A stretch of DNA of 64,000 nt from an uncultured Candidatus Saccharibacteria bacterium (GTDB lineage: Bacteria > Patescibacteriota > Minisyncoccia > UBA6257 > 2-01-FULL-56-20), in contig CAYLWL010000001.1 of the NCBI GenBank assembly GCA_964387675.1, forward strand, positions 74,819 to 138,818, written 5' to 3'. The notes beneath the pieces were generated by a model. That model had not been told where the DNA came from. It did not search any database and saw nothing but the letters and a program-made list of their open reading frames with translations. Below, in pieces: positions 9,051-18,078 of this stretch; positions within the stretch are counted from its first letter, which is position 1, and the number at the start of each line of letters is the position of its first letter. The position numbers and the translations under genes were made by a program.

Positions 9051-10043
9051 TTAAATCAGTTCTCCTTTGCTCTTGATCCCCAAATGTTCGTAGGCGGCCG
9101 GGAGCGCGATCCTGCCGGACGGAGATCTCTGGAGAAATCCCAAGGTCATAAGATACGGCTCGTAAATATCCTCAATCACCCCCCTGTCTTCGGAAAGCGC
9201 CGCGGAGATGGTGTTGATTCCGACCGGCCCCCCGTTGAACTTTTGTATGATGACTTCGAGCAATTTCCTGTCCTGCGGCTCAAGGCCGAGAGAGTCGATT
9301 TCCAGCATCTCCAGGGTCTTTTTGGCAACCTGCTCGTCAATACTCTTTTTCCCTTGCACCTCGGCATAGTCGCGAGCGCGCTTCATAAGCCGGTTCGCGA
9401 CCCGCGGCGTTCCCCGGGATGCCTTCGCAAGAACGGCCACCGAAGACGGATCAACGTTCATATTTAAAATGTTCGCCGACCGGCCGATGATTTTTTTGAT
9501 ATCTTCGAGGTCGTAGTACCCGAGCCGGAACGTGGCGCCGAATCTTGACCGCAGGGGCTGAGACAGCAAATTTTCCCTCGTCGTCGCGGCGATAAGCGTA
9601 AAAGCCGGCAAATCCAAGCTGATGGTTCTCGCGCTCGGACCTTTGCCGACGACGAGATGAAGTTTTCTCGACTCCATCGCGGGGTAAAGAACTTCTTCGA
9701 TCAAAGGATTTATTCTGTGGGCCTCGTCAATAAAGAGCACCTCTCCGGGATCGAGGTTCGTGAGAATAGCAGCCAAATCGCCGGTCTTCTCGAGAGCCGG
9801 GCCAGAGGTGGTCTTCACGCGCGAGCCCAATTCTTTCGAGACGATATAGGCAAGCGTGGTTTTCCCCAAGCCGGCAGGACCGGAAAAAAGCATATGATCC
9901 GCCGACTCTTTTCTTTTTTTCGCCGCATCAATCAAGACCCGAAGGTTGTTCTTGACCTTCGCTTGACCGACGTATTCATCCCATCGGATCGGCCGCAATG
10001 TTTGATCGATGCTTAGGTCCTCTTTGGCAATTGTTTGTTTCAT
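9051..10043 (-). CDS. ruvB: Holliday junction branch migration ATPase RuvB
   Basis: Walker A 'GPAGLGKTTLA' and RuvB N/C domains. Confidence 0.9.
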   Translation of the reverse strand: MKQTIAKEDLSIDQTLRPIRWDEYVGQAKVKNNLRVLIDAAKKRKESADHMLFSGPAGLGKTTLAYIVSKELGSRVKTTSGPALEKTGDLAAILTNLDPGEVLFIDEAHRINPLIEEVLYPAMESRKLHLVVGKGPSARTISLDLPAFTLIAATTRENLLSQPLRSRFGATFRLGYYDLEDIKKIIGRSANILNMNVDPSSVAVLAKASRGTPRVANRLMKRARDYAEVQGKKSIDEQVAKKTLEMLEIDSLGLEPQDRKLLEVIIQKFNGGPVGINTISAALSEDRGVIEDIYEPYLMTLGFLQRSPSGRIALPAAYEHLGIKSKGELI

Positions 10044-10288
10044 GTGTTTTACGGCTCTTTGGTTTTGATCATAGCAGGTATTGACAGAATATTGCTTTTA
10101 TGCTAGCATTACGTCAGTACTGTTATTCTCAATAGTTGCCTCAAACCTGGGGGCGGGAATTATTTTTAGCACCTAAGGATGGTCAAGTTCCGGCTCGTCC
10201 ACTCCTCAAAGTGATTCTAACCTCTTTTAAATTTTATTTAAAAGGGAACTTTGATCCTTCACGGGATTTGCCCCCAGATTTGAGACAG

Positions 10289-11965
10289 CTACCATTCGAT
10301 TTGTCCGGTTATATTTTCAATCTCCTCGAAGCTTGTTTCTCCTCGCAGAACTTTGAGCACGCCGTCTTCCTGCATCGTCACCATACCTCTTCGTTCGGCG
10401 AGTTTTGTGAGCGAAACTTCCGACGGCTCTTTGAGGACCACCTCTTCGAAATCCGGCCCTCCTTCCAAAAATTCGAAAACGCCGATCCGACCTTTATAAC
10501 CGAAATCGTTGCACCGGTTACAACTGCCCGCTTCGTACACGGTGAACTTTTGATATTTGCTCTTGTCTACGCGCGGCGGAAGTTTTTCCAGGAATTTTTT
10601 TATTTTGGATTTTAGCTCTGGGGTTTGGTTTACTGTTTTTTTGCAGTCGGGGCATAACTTCCGCACTAATCTTTGGGCAATAATAAGATTCAGGGCCGGA
10701 CCGATGCTCACCGGCTTCACGCCCAAATTGATCAGCCGAGGGACAGCGCCGACGGCGTCGTTCGTGTGGAGCGTGGAAAGCACCAAGTGGCCGGTGAGGG
10801 CCGATTGCATGGCGATATCGGCCGTCTCCAAATCCCTCACCTCCCCCACTAAAATAACGTCGGGGTCCTGGCGCACGATGGCTCGGAGCCCCTTCGCGAA
10901 CGTATAGCCGGCTTCCGTGTCAACCTGGGTTTGCTCGATTCCCAGAAGCCGATACTCGATAGGGTCTTCAAGGGTGATGATTTTCACCTTCGGATCGTTC
11001 AGTTCTCCGAGAAAAGCGTAGAGGGTGGTGGTTTTTCCCGATCCGGTTGGACCGGTATTCAAAATCAATCCGTTCGGCTTTGAGAGCTCTTTCTCGACGA
11101 TCGCCATGTCGTCTTCTCGGATCCCCAAAACCGCGATGCCAATGCTTGCCACGTCGGGATCAAGAATCCTCATTACGATATTCTCGCCGAATTCCGAAGG
11201 AATAACCGAAACCCTGATTTCGATTTCTTTGTTCCCGAAGCCGATCGTAAATCTGCCGTCTTGCGCCTCATCTCGCACGTTAATCTTCATTCCCGCGAGC
11301 AGTTTGATTCGGGAAACAAGCGCGTCGTAATTCTTGGGCGGCAGTTCGTTGAAAACGTCGTGGAGCAGGCCATCGACCCTTAATCGGACTTTCGCCTTTT
11401 TTTCTTCCGCCTCGAAATGAATATCCGATGCCTTGAGGGCGAACGCGGACGCGAGCACTCTTTCTATCAGATCGACTGGCGTGGTTTTGAAAAAGTCCAA
11501 ACCCGCGACTTCCTGTTTTGCGGCGGCAAGATTCACGATTCTCTTGACGAGCTCCTCCAACCTTTTTTGGGCGATACTCACTTTTCCCGTGATGTCGCCG
11601 GTGGATTCTTTTATGAACTTGTACTGATGCCAAACCTCTTGCAGTCCGGAAAGCGACGCTATGAAAATCTTGATGTCGTATTTTTTATCATGTAAATCGT
11701 CGATGGCTTTTTTGGTTGCGGGGAGCCGCGGGTCGGCTACGGCGAGAGCGATCTTTTTCGCATTCACCTGGATGCTTGCCGCCAGGGCTTTTTTGGCGTC
11801 ATCTTCTTTCAAAAACTTCAGAGCGTCGCTCGAAACCGGCACTTTGGAAAAATCCGCATACGGAAGGCCGAGTTCGCGCGCCAAACGCTCGGCGGCGCGT
11901 TCTTCGCCCTCCCTTCGGAGCAGATCCAGCTTCTGGATGAGGTTTGTTTGTTTTGGAGGAACCAT
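10289..11965 (-). CDS. pilB: type IV pilus / type II secretion assembly ATPase (PilB/GspE family)
   Basis: T2SSE_N-like N-terminus, Walker A 'GPTGSGKTTT', Asp/His boxes and a C-terminal tetracysteine motif. Its ATG is embedded in the family-2 element arm 'TTCTAACGGGATG'. Confidence 0.8.
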   Translation of the reverse strand: MVPPKQTNLIQKLDLLRREGEERAAERLARELGLPYADFSKVPVSSDALKFLKEDDAKKALAASIQVNAKKIALAVADPRLPATKKAIDDLHDKKYDIKIFIASLSGLQEVWHQYKFIKESTGDITGKVSIAQKRLEELVKRIVNLAAAKQEVAGLDFFKTTPVDLIERVLASAFALKASDIHFEAEEKKAKVRLRVDGLLHDVFNELPPKNYDALVSRIKLLAGMKINVRDEAQDGRFTIGFGNKEIEIRVSVIPSEFGENIVMRILDPDVASIGIAVLGIREDDMAIVEKELSKPNGLILNTGPTGSGKTTTLYAFLGELNDPKVKIITLEDPIEYRLLGIEQTQVDTEAGYTFAKGLRAIVRQDPDVILVGEVRDLETADIAMQSALTGHLVLSTLHTNDAVGAVPRLINLGVKPVSIGPALNLIIAQRLVRKLCPDCKKTVNQTPELKSKIKKFLEKLPPRVDKSKYQKFTVYEAGSCNRCNDFGYKGRIGVFEFLEGGPDFEEVVLKEPSEVSLTKLAERRGMVTMQEDGVLKVLRGETSFEEIENITGQIEW

Positions 11966-12080
11966 CCCGTTAGAAGCAAGTCGCGATCTGCGATTTGTAA
12001 GGTTTATTTAGTTTATGGCAACGACGATGCATATTTGAAGATTCTATGATTTCCGGGCGCGATCGCGGCTTCTAACGGGA
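11963..12080. repeat. Family-2 hairpin element, copy A (arms CCCGTTAGAAGC ... GCTTCTAACGGG)
   Basis: Perfect 12-bp inverted arms about 90 nt apart, extended by a GC-rich imperfect stem. One arm is fused to the pilB start codon. Confidence 0.7.
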
Positions 12081-12207
12081 CTATGTGATTTGATTGTATT
12101 CCCGAAACCTCGATAATTCAAGCCATTTGCCGGAGAAACTTGACGAAACGGTACTTGTGGTATATAATTTAGGCAGTACAATTCGATTTCTGGTCAGGAG
12201 AGTGTGT

Positions 12208-12882
12208 ATGCGTAGCATGATGATTGCAGTTCTCGCAGTTGTTCTCTTTCTCGTCGCGACGGACGCCGTTGCTCAAGCGAGCTTCTCGCAACGGGCGTGG
12301 CTCCACGGAACGAAGGTCGTGGTCTTCAATGCGACCTACGACTGCACTCCGCTCAGGCTCTTGCTCGATGACAAAACAATCGACAAGGTCCTGAAGTGCG
12401 GGGATCCCTGGAGCGCAAGCTTCGGCGGAGGGCTGCCGATCGTCTACACGAGCAACCAGCAGATTTCGCTCGTGATCACGGCCAAGGGTTGTGATACCAA
12501 TCCGACGCGGCTCGTCGTTGTGCCGCCGGACTGGGCAAGGGACGAGTCGTTTCTCGGGGCGCTGACCATGACCGACGAGTATCTGAACTCGCGGCCGTCG
12601 CGGCCGGAACTCAAGAAGCGCGTTGAGGAGATCAAGAAGTTCCTCGATCACCAACTCGGCGGAAAGCGGATGAAGGGCGAAATCAGCGACTGGTTCAAGG
12701 CCGCAAAAAAGATCGGCCTCGCCTTCACTGGACTCGACTGCAACGGCCCCGACATCGAAGGCGTGCGGGTCGACTTCAACGTCGACTCGTACAACGAGTC
12801 GCACCGAGCGATCGCGATCTACATCCGCGGCGACCGCGCTCGCGGCTACGTGATGGAGCCGCCGCGCTGGATCGCGTGGTAG
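12208..12882 (+). CDS. hypothetical secreted protein (GC-rich island)
   Basis: Start at 'AGGAG'-N7-ATG with signal peptide 'MRSMMIAVLAVVLFLVATDAVAQA'. Local GC is markedly higher than the flanks. A strong terminator follows. Confidence 0.5.
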   Translation: MRSMMIAVLAVVLFLVATDAVAQASFSQRAWLHGTKVVVFNATYDCTPLRLLLDDKTIDKVLKCGDPWSASFGGGLPIVYTSNQQISLVITAKGCDTNPTRLVVVPPDWARDESFLGALTMTDEYLNSRPSRPELKKRVEEIKKFLDHQLGGKRMKGEISDWFKAAKKIGLAFTGLDCNGPDIEGVRVDFNVDSYNESHRAIAIYIRGDRARGYVMEPPRWIAW

Positions 12883-12893
12883 ATGGTAAGTAA

Positions 12894-12925
12894 GGCCCCG
12901 ACTTCGGTCGGGGCCATTCTTTTTA
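12894..12925 (+). terminator. rho-independent terminator
   Basis: 'GGCCCCGACttcgGTCGGGGCC' followed by a T-run. Confidence 0.8.
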
Positions 12926-12968
12926 TAAAATACTAGATTCTAGATTCTAGATTCTATATTCTTAATAT

Positions 12969-13556
12969 ATGTCCGGGCACTCCCATTGGGCGGGAATCAA
13001 GCATAAAAAAGGCGTTGCGGACCAAAAACGCGGGGTGGCTTTTTCAAAACTCTTGGCGGCAATTTCTGCCACCGCAAAGTCCGAATCAAATCCGGACTTT
13101 AATCCGCGCCTCCGGACCGCCATCGAGAAAGCAAAGGAACAAAGCGTCCCTGCAGAAAACATCGAACGGGCCGTGAAGCGCGCCTCCGACTCGGCCGACG
13201 ACCTCGAAGAGCTGACTTTTGAATGCTACGGGCCGGGAGGAGTTGCAATCATCGTGGAAGCAATCAGCGACAGCAGAAACAGAACGGTGGCGGAGATTAA
13301 AAAGGTGTTGAGCGACTTTGGCGGAAAGTGGGCGGAGTCCGGAAGCGTCCGCTGGGCCTTCAATCGGGGCGCGGATGAACGCGGACGAGACGCGGACCCG
13401 CTTCGCCGAAACTTCAGCGAGGCGAGTCAACGCGGAACATGGAGGCCAAAGTTTACGCAAGAGATCGGCGAAGAGGAAAAAAACAAACTAAAAGAACTCA
13501 TCGGGGCGCTCGAAGAACACGACGACGTTCAAAAAGTTTATACCAATGCGAGATAA
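12969..13556 (+). CDS. yebC: YebC/PmpR family DNA-binding regulator
   Basis: 'MSGHSHWAGIKHKKG' and C-terminal 'DDVQKVYTN'. At 195 aa it is shorter than typical, so an internal deletion is possible. Confidence 0.75.
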   Translation: MSGHSHWAGIKHKKGVADQKRGVAFSKLLAAISATAKSESNPDFNPRLRTAIEKAKEQSVPAENIERAVKRASDSADDLEELTFECYGPGGVAIIVEAISDSRNRTVAEIKKVLSDFGGKWAESGSVRWAFNRGADERGRDADPLRRNFSEASQRGTWRPKFTQEIGEEEKNKLKELIGALEEHDDVQKVYTNAR

Positions 13557-13595
13557 GTCGTATTCTACTTTCTACATTCTACTTTCTACATTCTC

Positions 13596-14087
13596 ATGGT
13601 CATCCTAGGTATCGACCCCGGCACAAGAAGAATCGGATACGGGGTTATCAAAAAGTCATCCGCGGAACTCAAATTGCTTGACGCCGGACTGCTCGCCATA
13701 AAAAGCAAAGACGACTTCGGCGCGATGAAAGAAATGAAACAACAGATCGATGCGGTCATAAAAAAGTTCAAGCCGGAAGCGCTCTCTATCGAAAAGGTAT
13801 ATTTTGTGAAAAATCGGAAAACGGGCATAAAAGTCGCCGAGGCGCGGGGGATCATAATTTCTTGCGCCCTCACCCTGGGTCTGCGGGTAGAAGAATACGG
13901 CCCAAACGAGGTGAAAGCGGCTCTTACCGGCTATGGCTTTGCCGACAAGAAAGCCGTGCTTAAAATGGTGCGAATTATCCTCAAAGAACCGGGTCTCAAG
14001 GTTATCGACGACGCAAGCGACGCCCTGGCGCTCGCCATTGTTGCTGGGTATAAGTATGGGGTTGACAGCCGAGCAACTCACCTATAA
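13596..14087 (+). CDS. ruvC: crossover junction endodeoxyribonuclease RuvC
   Basis: 'ILGIDPGTRRIGYGVI' RNase-H-fold resolvase. Confidence 0.85.
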   Translation: MVILGIDPGTRRIGYGVIKKSSAELKLLDAGLLAIKSKDDFGAMKEMKQQIDAVIKKFKPEALSIEKVYFVKNRKTGIKVAEARGIIISCALTLGLRVEEYGPNEVKAALTGYGFADKKAVLKMVRIILKEPGLKVIDDASDALALAIVAGYKYGVDSRATHL

Positions 14088-14156
14088 TCTTCTAAAAAAC
14101 GACTCAACGAGTCGACGTTGAAACAATGAAAAAGGTCGTTAAGATACGAGCAAACC

Positions 14157-14339
14157 ATGGTTGAGGAATTTCAAAAAATTGACCTGGGGTTGAAGGCGAT
14201 GAGCGACCCGCCTCGACTCGCCGTTTTCGGCGAGGCGGGCGACGACAGCGACGCCCTCGAAGAGGATGACGACGTGGACGAAGACCCGGACGATGAAGAC
14301 GATTCGGATTCTGGCGAAGAAGAAGCCGGCTTGGAATAA
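14157..14339 (+). CDS. small acidic hypothetical protein (60 aa, D/E-rich)
   Basis: Intact ORF followed by a clean terminator. Confidence 0.3.
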   Translation: MVEEFQKIDLGLKAMSDPPRLAVFGEAGDDSDALEEDDDVDEDPDDEDDSDSGEEEAGLE

Positions 14340-14359
14340 TAGGGTCTGAAAAACAAAAC

Positions 14360-14398
14360 GGCTCTCGACGCACTTCCTTGTGTCGAGGGCCGTTTTTG
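14360..14398 (+). terminator. rho-independent terminator
   Basis: 'GGCTCTCGAC...GTCGAGGGCC' followed by 'GTTTTTG'. Confidence 0.6.
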
Positions 14399-14405
14399 CA
14401 TAATA

Positions 14406-16850
14406 ATGAATGCGATGGAGGTGATAAAAAAGTTTTTGTTGTGGGTCGCGGCCGCCGTCGTTTTTGGCGGGCTATTTTCTTTTCTCTACGCCGTCTATCT
14501 TTCCCGCAATCTTCCGACAATCGACGAGATATCCGCGCGACAAGTGAGCCAGTCAACCAAGATATACGACCGGACCGGAACCGTCCTTTTGTACGAAATC
14601 AGCAAAGGGGAAACGAGAACCGTTGTCCCGCTCGCGGAAATTCCAAAATTTTTGCAGGACGCGACAATCGTAACCGAGGATGAGAAGTTTTACGAAGAAT
14701 CCGCGTTCGACGTCAAAGCGATCATACGAGCGCTCTTCGTAAACGCGCTCCATGGAAAAATACTCCAAGGGGGCTCGACGATAACCCAGCAACTGGCGAA
14801 AAACGCGTTTCTAACTTCCGAACAAACGATTACAAGAAAAGTAAAGGAGCTTCTCTTGGCCATCCGGCTCAACCGGCACTACTCCAAAGACCAAATTCTC
14901 GCGCTGTACCTCAACGAAATTCCCTACGGGCCGACGATTTACGGCGTGGAGGCGGCAAGCGAGTCCTACTTCAATAAATCGGTAAAAGATCTTACCCTGG
15001 CCGAATCCGCGCTTCTTGCCGCCTTGCCGAAAGCTCCGACCTATTATTCGCCCTGGGGCAGCCACGGCAAAGAACTGCTGGGCAGAAAAGATTTTATTCT
15101 GAAAAAGATGCTCTCTTTGGGAAAAATAAAAAAGTCGGAATTCGAAGAAGCAAGTAAGTTCAAGTTCAGTTTTGCTCCGCAGCGCCACGGGATAAAAGCT
15201 CCTCATTTCGTCATGGAAGTTCAGGAGTATCTCGCGCGGAAATACGGGGAAGAAAAAACGAGAACGGGCGGCCTAAGGGTTGTTTCTACGCTTGATTGGA
15301 ATCTGCAACAAGCCGCGGAGAAAGCGGTGGAGGACGGCGCAAAAAACAACGAAAAACTGTATAACGGCAAAAATGCCGCCCTTGTCGCCGAAGATCCGAA
15401 GACCGGCCAGATACTCGCGATGGTGGGGTCAAGAGATTATTTCGACGCCGAAAACGAGGGTACGTTCAATGTGGCAACCCAAGGACTGCGCCAACCGGGA
15501 TCAACGCTGAAGCCGTTTGTATATTACACGGCGTTTACCAAAGGATATTCTCCGGATACTGTTGTCTTTGATGTTCCGACTGAATTTGCCGCCAAAAACC
15601 CCGCTTGCCCCCCTTCCCTGGACTTCAAAAACTCCAATAACGAATGTTTCCACCCGGAAAACTTCGACGATAAGTTTCGCGGGCCGGTCGCCTTGCGCCA
15701 GGCGCTTGCCCAATCGATCAATATCCCCGCGGTGAAGATGCTGTACCTCGCCGGACTCAACGATTCGGTAAAAAATGCTTATACCTTTGGCATGGGCACC
15801 CTTACAAGCCCAAATCTCTACGGCCTGTCTCTTGTTTTAGGAGGGGGGGCCGTCAAATTGATTGATCTCGTAGGAGCTTATTCCGCGCTCGCGCAAAACG
15901 GAGTGAAACATCCCCAAGTAATCACCCTAGAAGTGAAAGACCACAGCGGCAGTACGCTTGAATCCTACGAAGACCGCGGCAACGTCGTCGCGGATTCTCA
16001 AGCGGCCAGATTGATCAATAATATTCTTTCCGACTCGAATTCGAGGAGTGGATTATTTCAAAACAGTTTATATCTCACAGTTTTCCCGGATCGGGATGTC
16101 GCGCTCAAAACCGGCACCAGCAACGACTATCGCGACGCATGGACCGTAGGATACACACCCTCTCTCGTAGTCGGCGTCTGGGCGGGGAATAACGACAATT
16201 CCCCGATGCAAAGACACGGATCGAGTATTTTAGCCGCCGTCCCGATTTGGAACGCTTTCTTTGCGGAAGCGATAAAAAATCTCCCCCTCGAAACGTTTAC
16301 CCGGCCCGATCCCGTCTATCCGCAAAAAAGCATATTGCGCGGGGACTATTCGAGCGGAAAGCAAATCCACTCGATACTCTATTATGTCGACAAAAAAGAC
16401 CCTCTCGGCCCGCAGCCGGCCGACCCCGGCCTTGATCCGCAATTCGAGAATTGGGAAACGGGAGTTGTCGATTGGGCAAAAAAGAATATTCCCGATTTCC
16501 AGGACTATAACAAACCGATAATGGAAACAGAAAACCAACTTCTCCAAAAATCAAACGGACCTCGGCCACAAGTAACAATACAAGCGCCAGCTCCGGGAAG
16601 TTTCATAGGAGAAGGCATAGACATATCCGCTCGCCTGGAATCCGGCGCCGGCTTAAAAAGAGCAATCATATATTGGAACGGCCGCGGTGTCCAAGAATTT
16701 TCTTTGAATCCGGCTTCTTTGTATGAGTTGCGGTGGTCATTCGCGCCGCCGGAACCGCAGGCGCAAAACCTTCTGGAAGTAGAAGCGTACGACGAAAAAA
16801 ACTTTTCGGGTAAATCCGGAGTTATTGTATATCACGAGAACACTCTCTAG
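14406..16850 (+). CDS. mrcA: penicillin-binding protein 1A (bifunctional transglycosylase/transpeptidase)
   Basis: N-terminal TM, GT51 motifs ('ITQQLAKN', 'RKVKE') and transpeptidase 'STLKP' / 'KTGT'. Confidence 0.85.
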   Translation: MNAMEVIKKFLLWVAAAVVFGGLFSFLYAVYLSRNLPTIDEISARQVSQSTKIYDRTGTVLLYEISKGETRTVVPLAEIPKFLQDATIVTEDEKFYEESAFDVKAIIRALFVNALHGKILQGGSTITQQLAKNAFLTSEQTITRKVKELLLAIRLNRHYSKDQILALYLNEIPYGPTIYGVEAASESYFNKSVKDLTLAESALLAALPKAPTYYSPWGSHGKELLGRKDFILKKMLSLGKIKKSEFEEASKFKFSFAPQRHGIKAPHFVMEVQEYLARKYGEEKTRTGGLRVVSTLDWNLQQAAEKAVEDGAKNNEKLYNGKNAALVAEDPKTGQILAMVGSRDYFDAENEGTFNVATQGLRQPGSTLKPFVYYTAFTKGYSPDTVVFDVPTEFAAKNPACPPSLDFKNSNNECFHPENFDDKFRGPVALRQALAQSINIPAVKMLYLAGLNDSVKNAYTFGMGTLTSPNLYGLSLVLGGGAVKLIDLVGAYSALAQNGVKHPQVITLEVKDHSGSTLESYEDRGNVVADSQAARLINNILSDSNSRSGLFQNSLYLTVFPDRDVALKTGTSNDYRDAWTVGYTPSLVVGVWAGNNDNSPMQRHGSSILAAVPIWNAFFAEAIKNLPLETFTRPDPVYPQKSILRGDYSSGKQIHSILYYVDKKDPLGPQPADPGLDPQFENWETGVVDWAKKNIPDFQDYNKPIMETENQLLQKSNGPRPQVTIQAPAPGSFIGEGIDISARLESGAGLKRAIIYWNGRGVQEFSLNPASLYELRWSFAPPEPQAQNLLEVEAYDEKNFSGKSGVIVYHENTL

Positions 16851-17959
16851 GCGGCGGCTATCGGCTTCAAGACATACACATACGAACCGTCCCCTACGGA
16901 TTTTATTTCGGCCGGCTCACTATCGCCGTTTATTCCCAAAAAAACATCTTCGGAGTTCAAAACGCTTAAAACATCGCTCATATACCTCCAGTTGAAAATA
17001 ACTTCTCTCGATTTTCCTTCAATCTTGGCCGGTAAGAGATAATTATTTTCTCCGAGCGACTGGTCGGAAGAAACGAGTTCGAGAACTTTCTTATTACCCT
17101 CGATTTTCAGTTTAATTTCATTTGTTTTTCCGCTAAAAATACCCACCAGCTTCAGCGCGTTCATCAGTTCCGTTCTCGATGTGACAATTTTAATACTACA
17201 GTCCTTCGGTATAATGGCATGATAATCGGGAAAATTTCCTTCAACGAGTCGCGAAAGAAGCTCGAATTGTTCTGTTTTGAAGAGAATTTGGCTATCGTCG
17301 TGATATATTTTGAGAACTTGATCGTCTTTTAAAACCCTCGCGAGTTCTCTGGTTGTTTTTAACGGGATAAGGAGTTTGAATATTTGTTGATGATTTGTGG
17401 TAAATTGGTCATCACTTATTGTTTTTTCGGATAATCGAAAACTGTCCGTGCCGACGATTTTTATATTACTCAAAGAAAAATCGAAAAGAATATTATTAAG
17501 CTCCGGTCGTATCTCTGAAAATTGAGTTGAGATAAGAATTTGATTGAGGGCGTTTTTGAAAATATCCGATTTTATCTCAATGTAATCGCTTTGATTTCTT
17601 ATTTTTGGCGTCAAAGGAAATTCATCTGCCGGAACTCCTTGTATTTTTGCTTCATAATTATCGGTTTTTATTTCCAGTTGATTTCCGATTTTTTCTATAT
17701 TAAGCCGTTCGTTTTGAATACTATTGACTACATGAGAAAAAGTATTCACCGGAACAGTAAATTTTCCGTTTTCTATCACTTTTCCGCTGATAAAGTACGT
17801 GACGGCTATTTCTAAATCTGTTGAGGTTAGTTTTATTTTATTATCTTGTGTATTAATGAGAGTATTTTTTAAAATTGGCAAACTGGTATTTACTGAACTT
17901 ATTCTTTCAATTACAGAAATTCCTTCTTTGAGATTATTTTTGATTACTATAAACTTCAT
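16847..17959 (-). CDS. dnaN: DNA polymerase III beta sliding clamp
   Basis: 370 aa directly downstream of dnaA with a beta-clamp N-terminus. The region is noticeably AT-rich. Confidence 0.75.
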   Translation of the reverse strand: MKFIVIKNNLKEGISVIERISSVNTSLPILKNTLINTQDNKIKLTSTDLEIAVTYFISGKVIENGKFTVPVNTFSHVVNSIQNERLNIEKIGNQLEIKTDNYEAKIQGVPADEFPLTPKIRNQSDYIEIKSDIFKNALNQILISTQFSEIRPELNNILFDFSLSNIKIVGTDSFRLSEKTISDDQFTTNHQQIFKLLIPLKTTRELARVLKDDQVLKIYHDDSQILFKTEQFELLSRLVEGNFPDYHAIIPKDCSIKIVTSRTELMNALKLVGIFSGKTNEIKLKIEGNKKVLELVSSDQSLGENNYLLPAKIEGKSREVIFNWRYMSDVLSVLNSEDVFLGINGDSEPAEIKSVGDGSYVYVLKPIAAA

Positions 17960-18078
17960 TTCTTATATAAATATTTATTGTTACTTTTATTGTTAGTGGT
18001 CTGTGTTTTTGTGTATAATTCTTATTCCATTAATGTTTACTGGGATATATTCAAAAAAATAGTTTTATATTCTGTGTA

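Noticed and set aside
10136-10615. 159-aa ORF in and overlapping the ruvB-pilB spacer
   Set aside because: It overlaps the 3' end of pilB on the opposite strand and has no RBS. Likely spurious.
14104-14556. 150-aa Arg-rich ORF antisense to the PBP1A start and the acidic small ORF
   Set aside because: Arg/Pro low-complexity translation antisense to supported genes.
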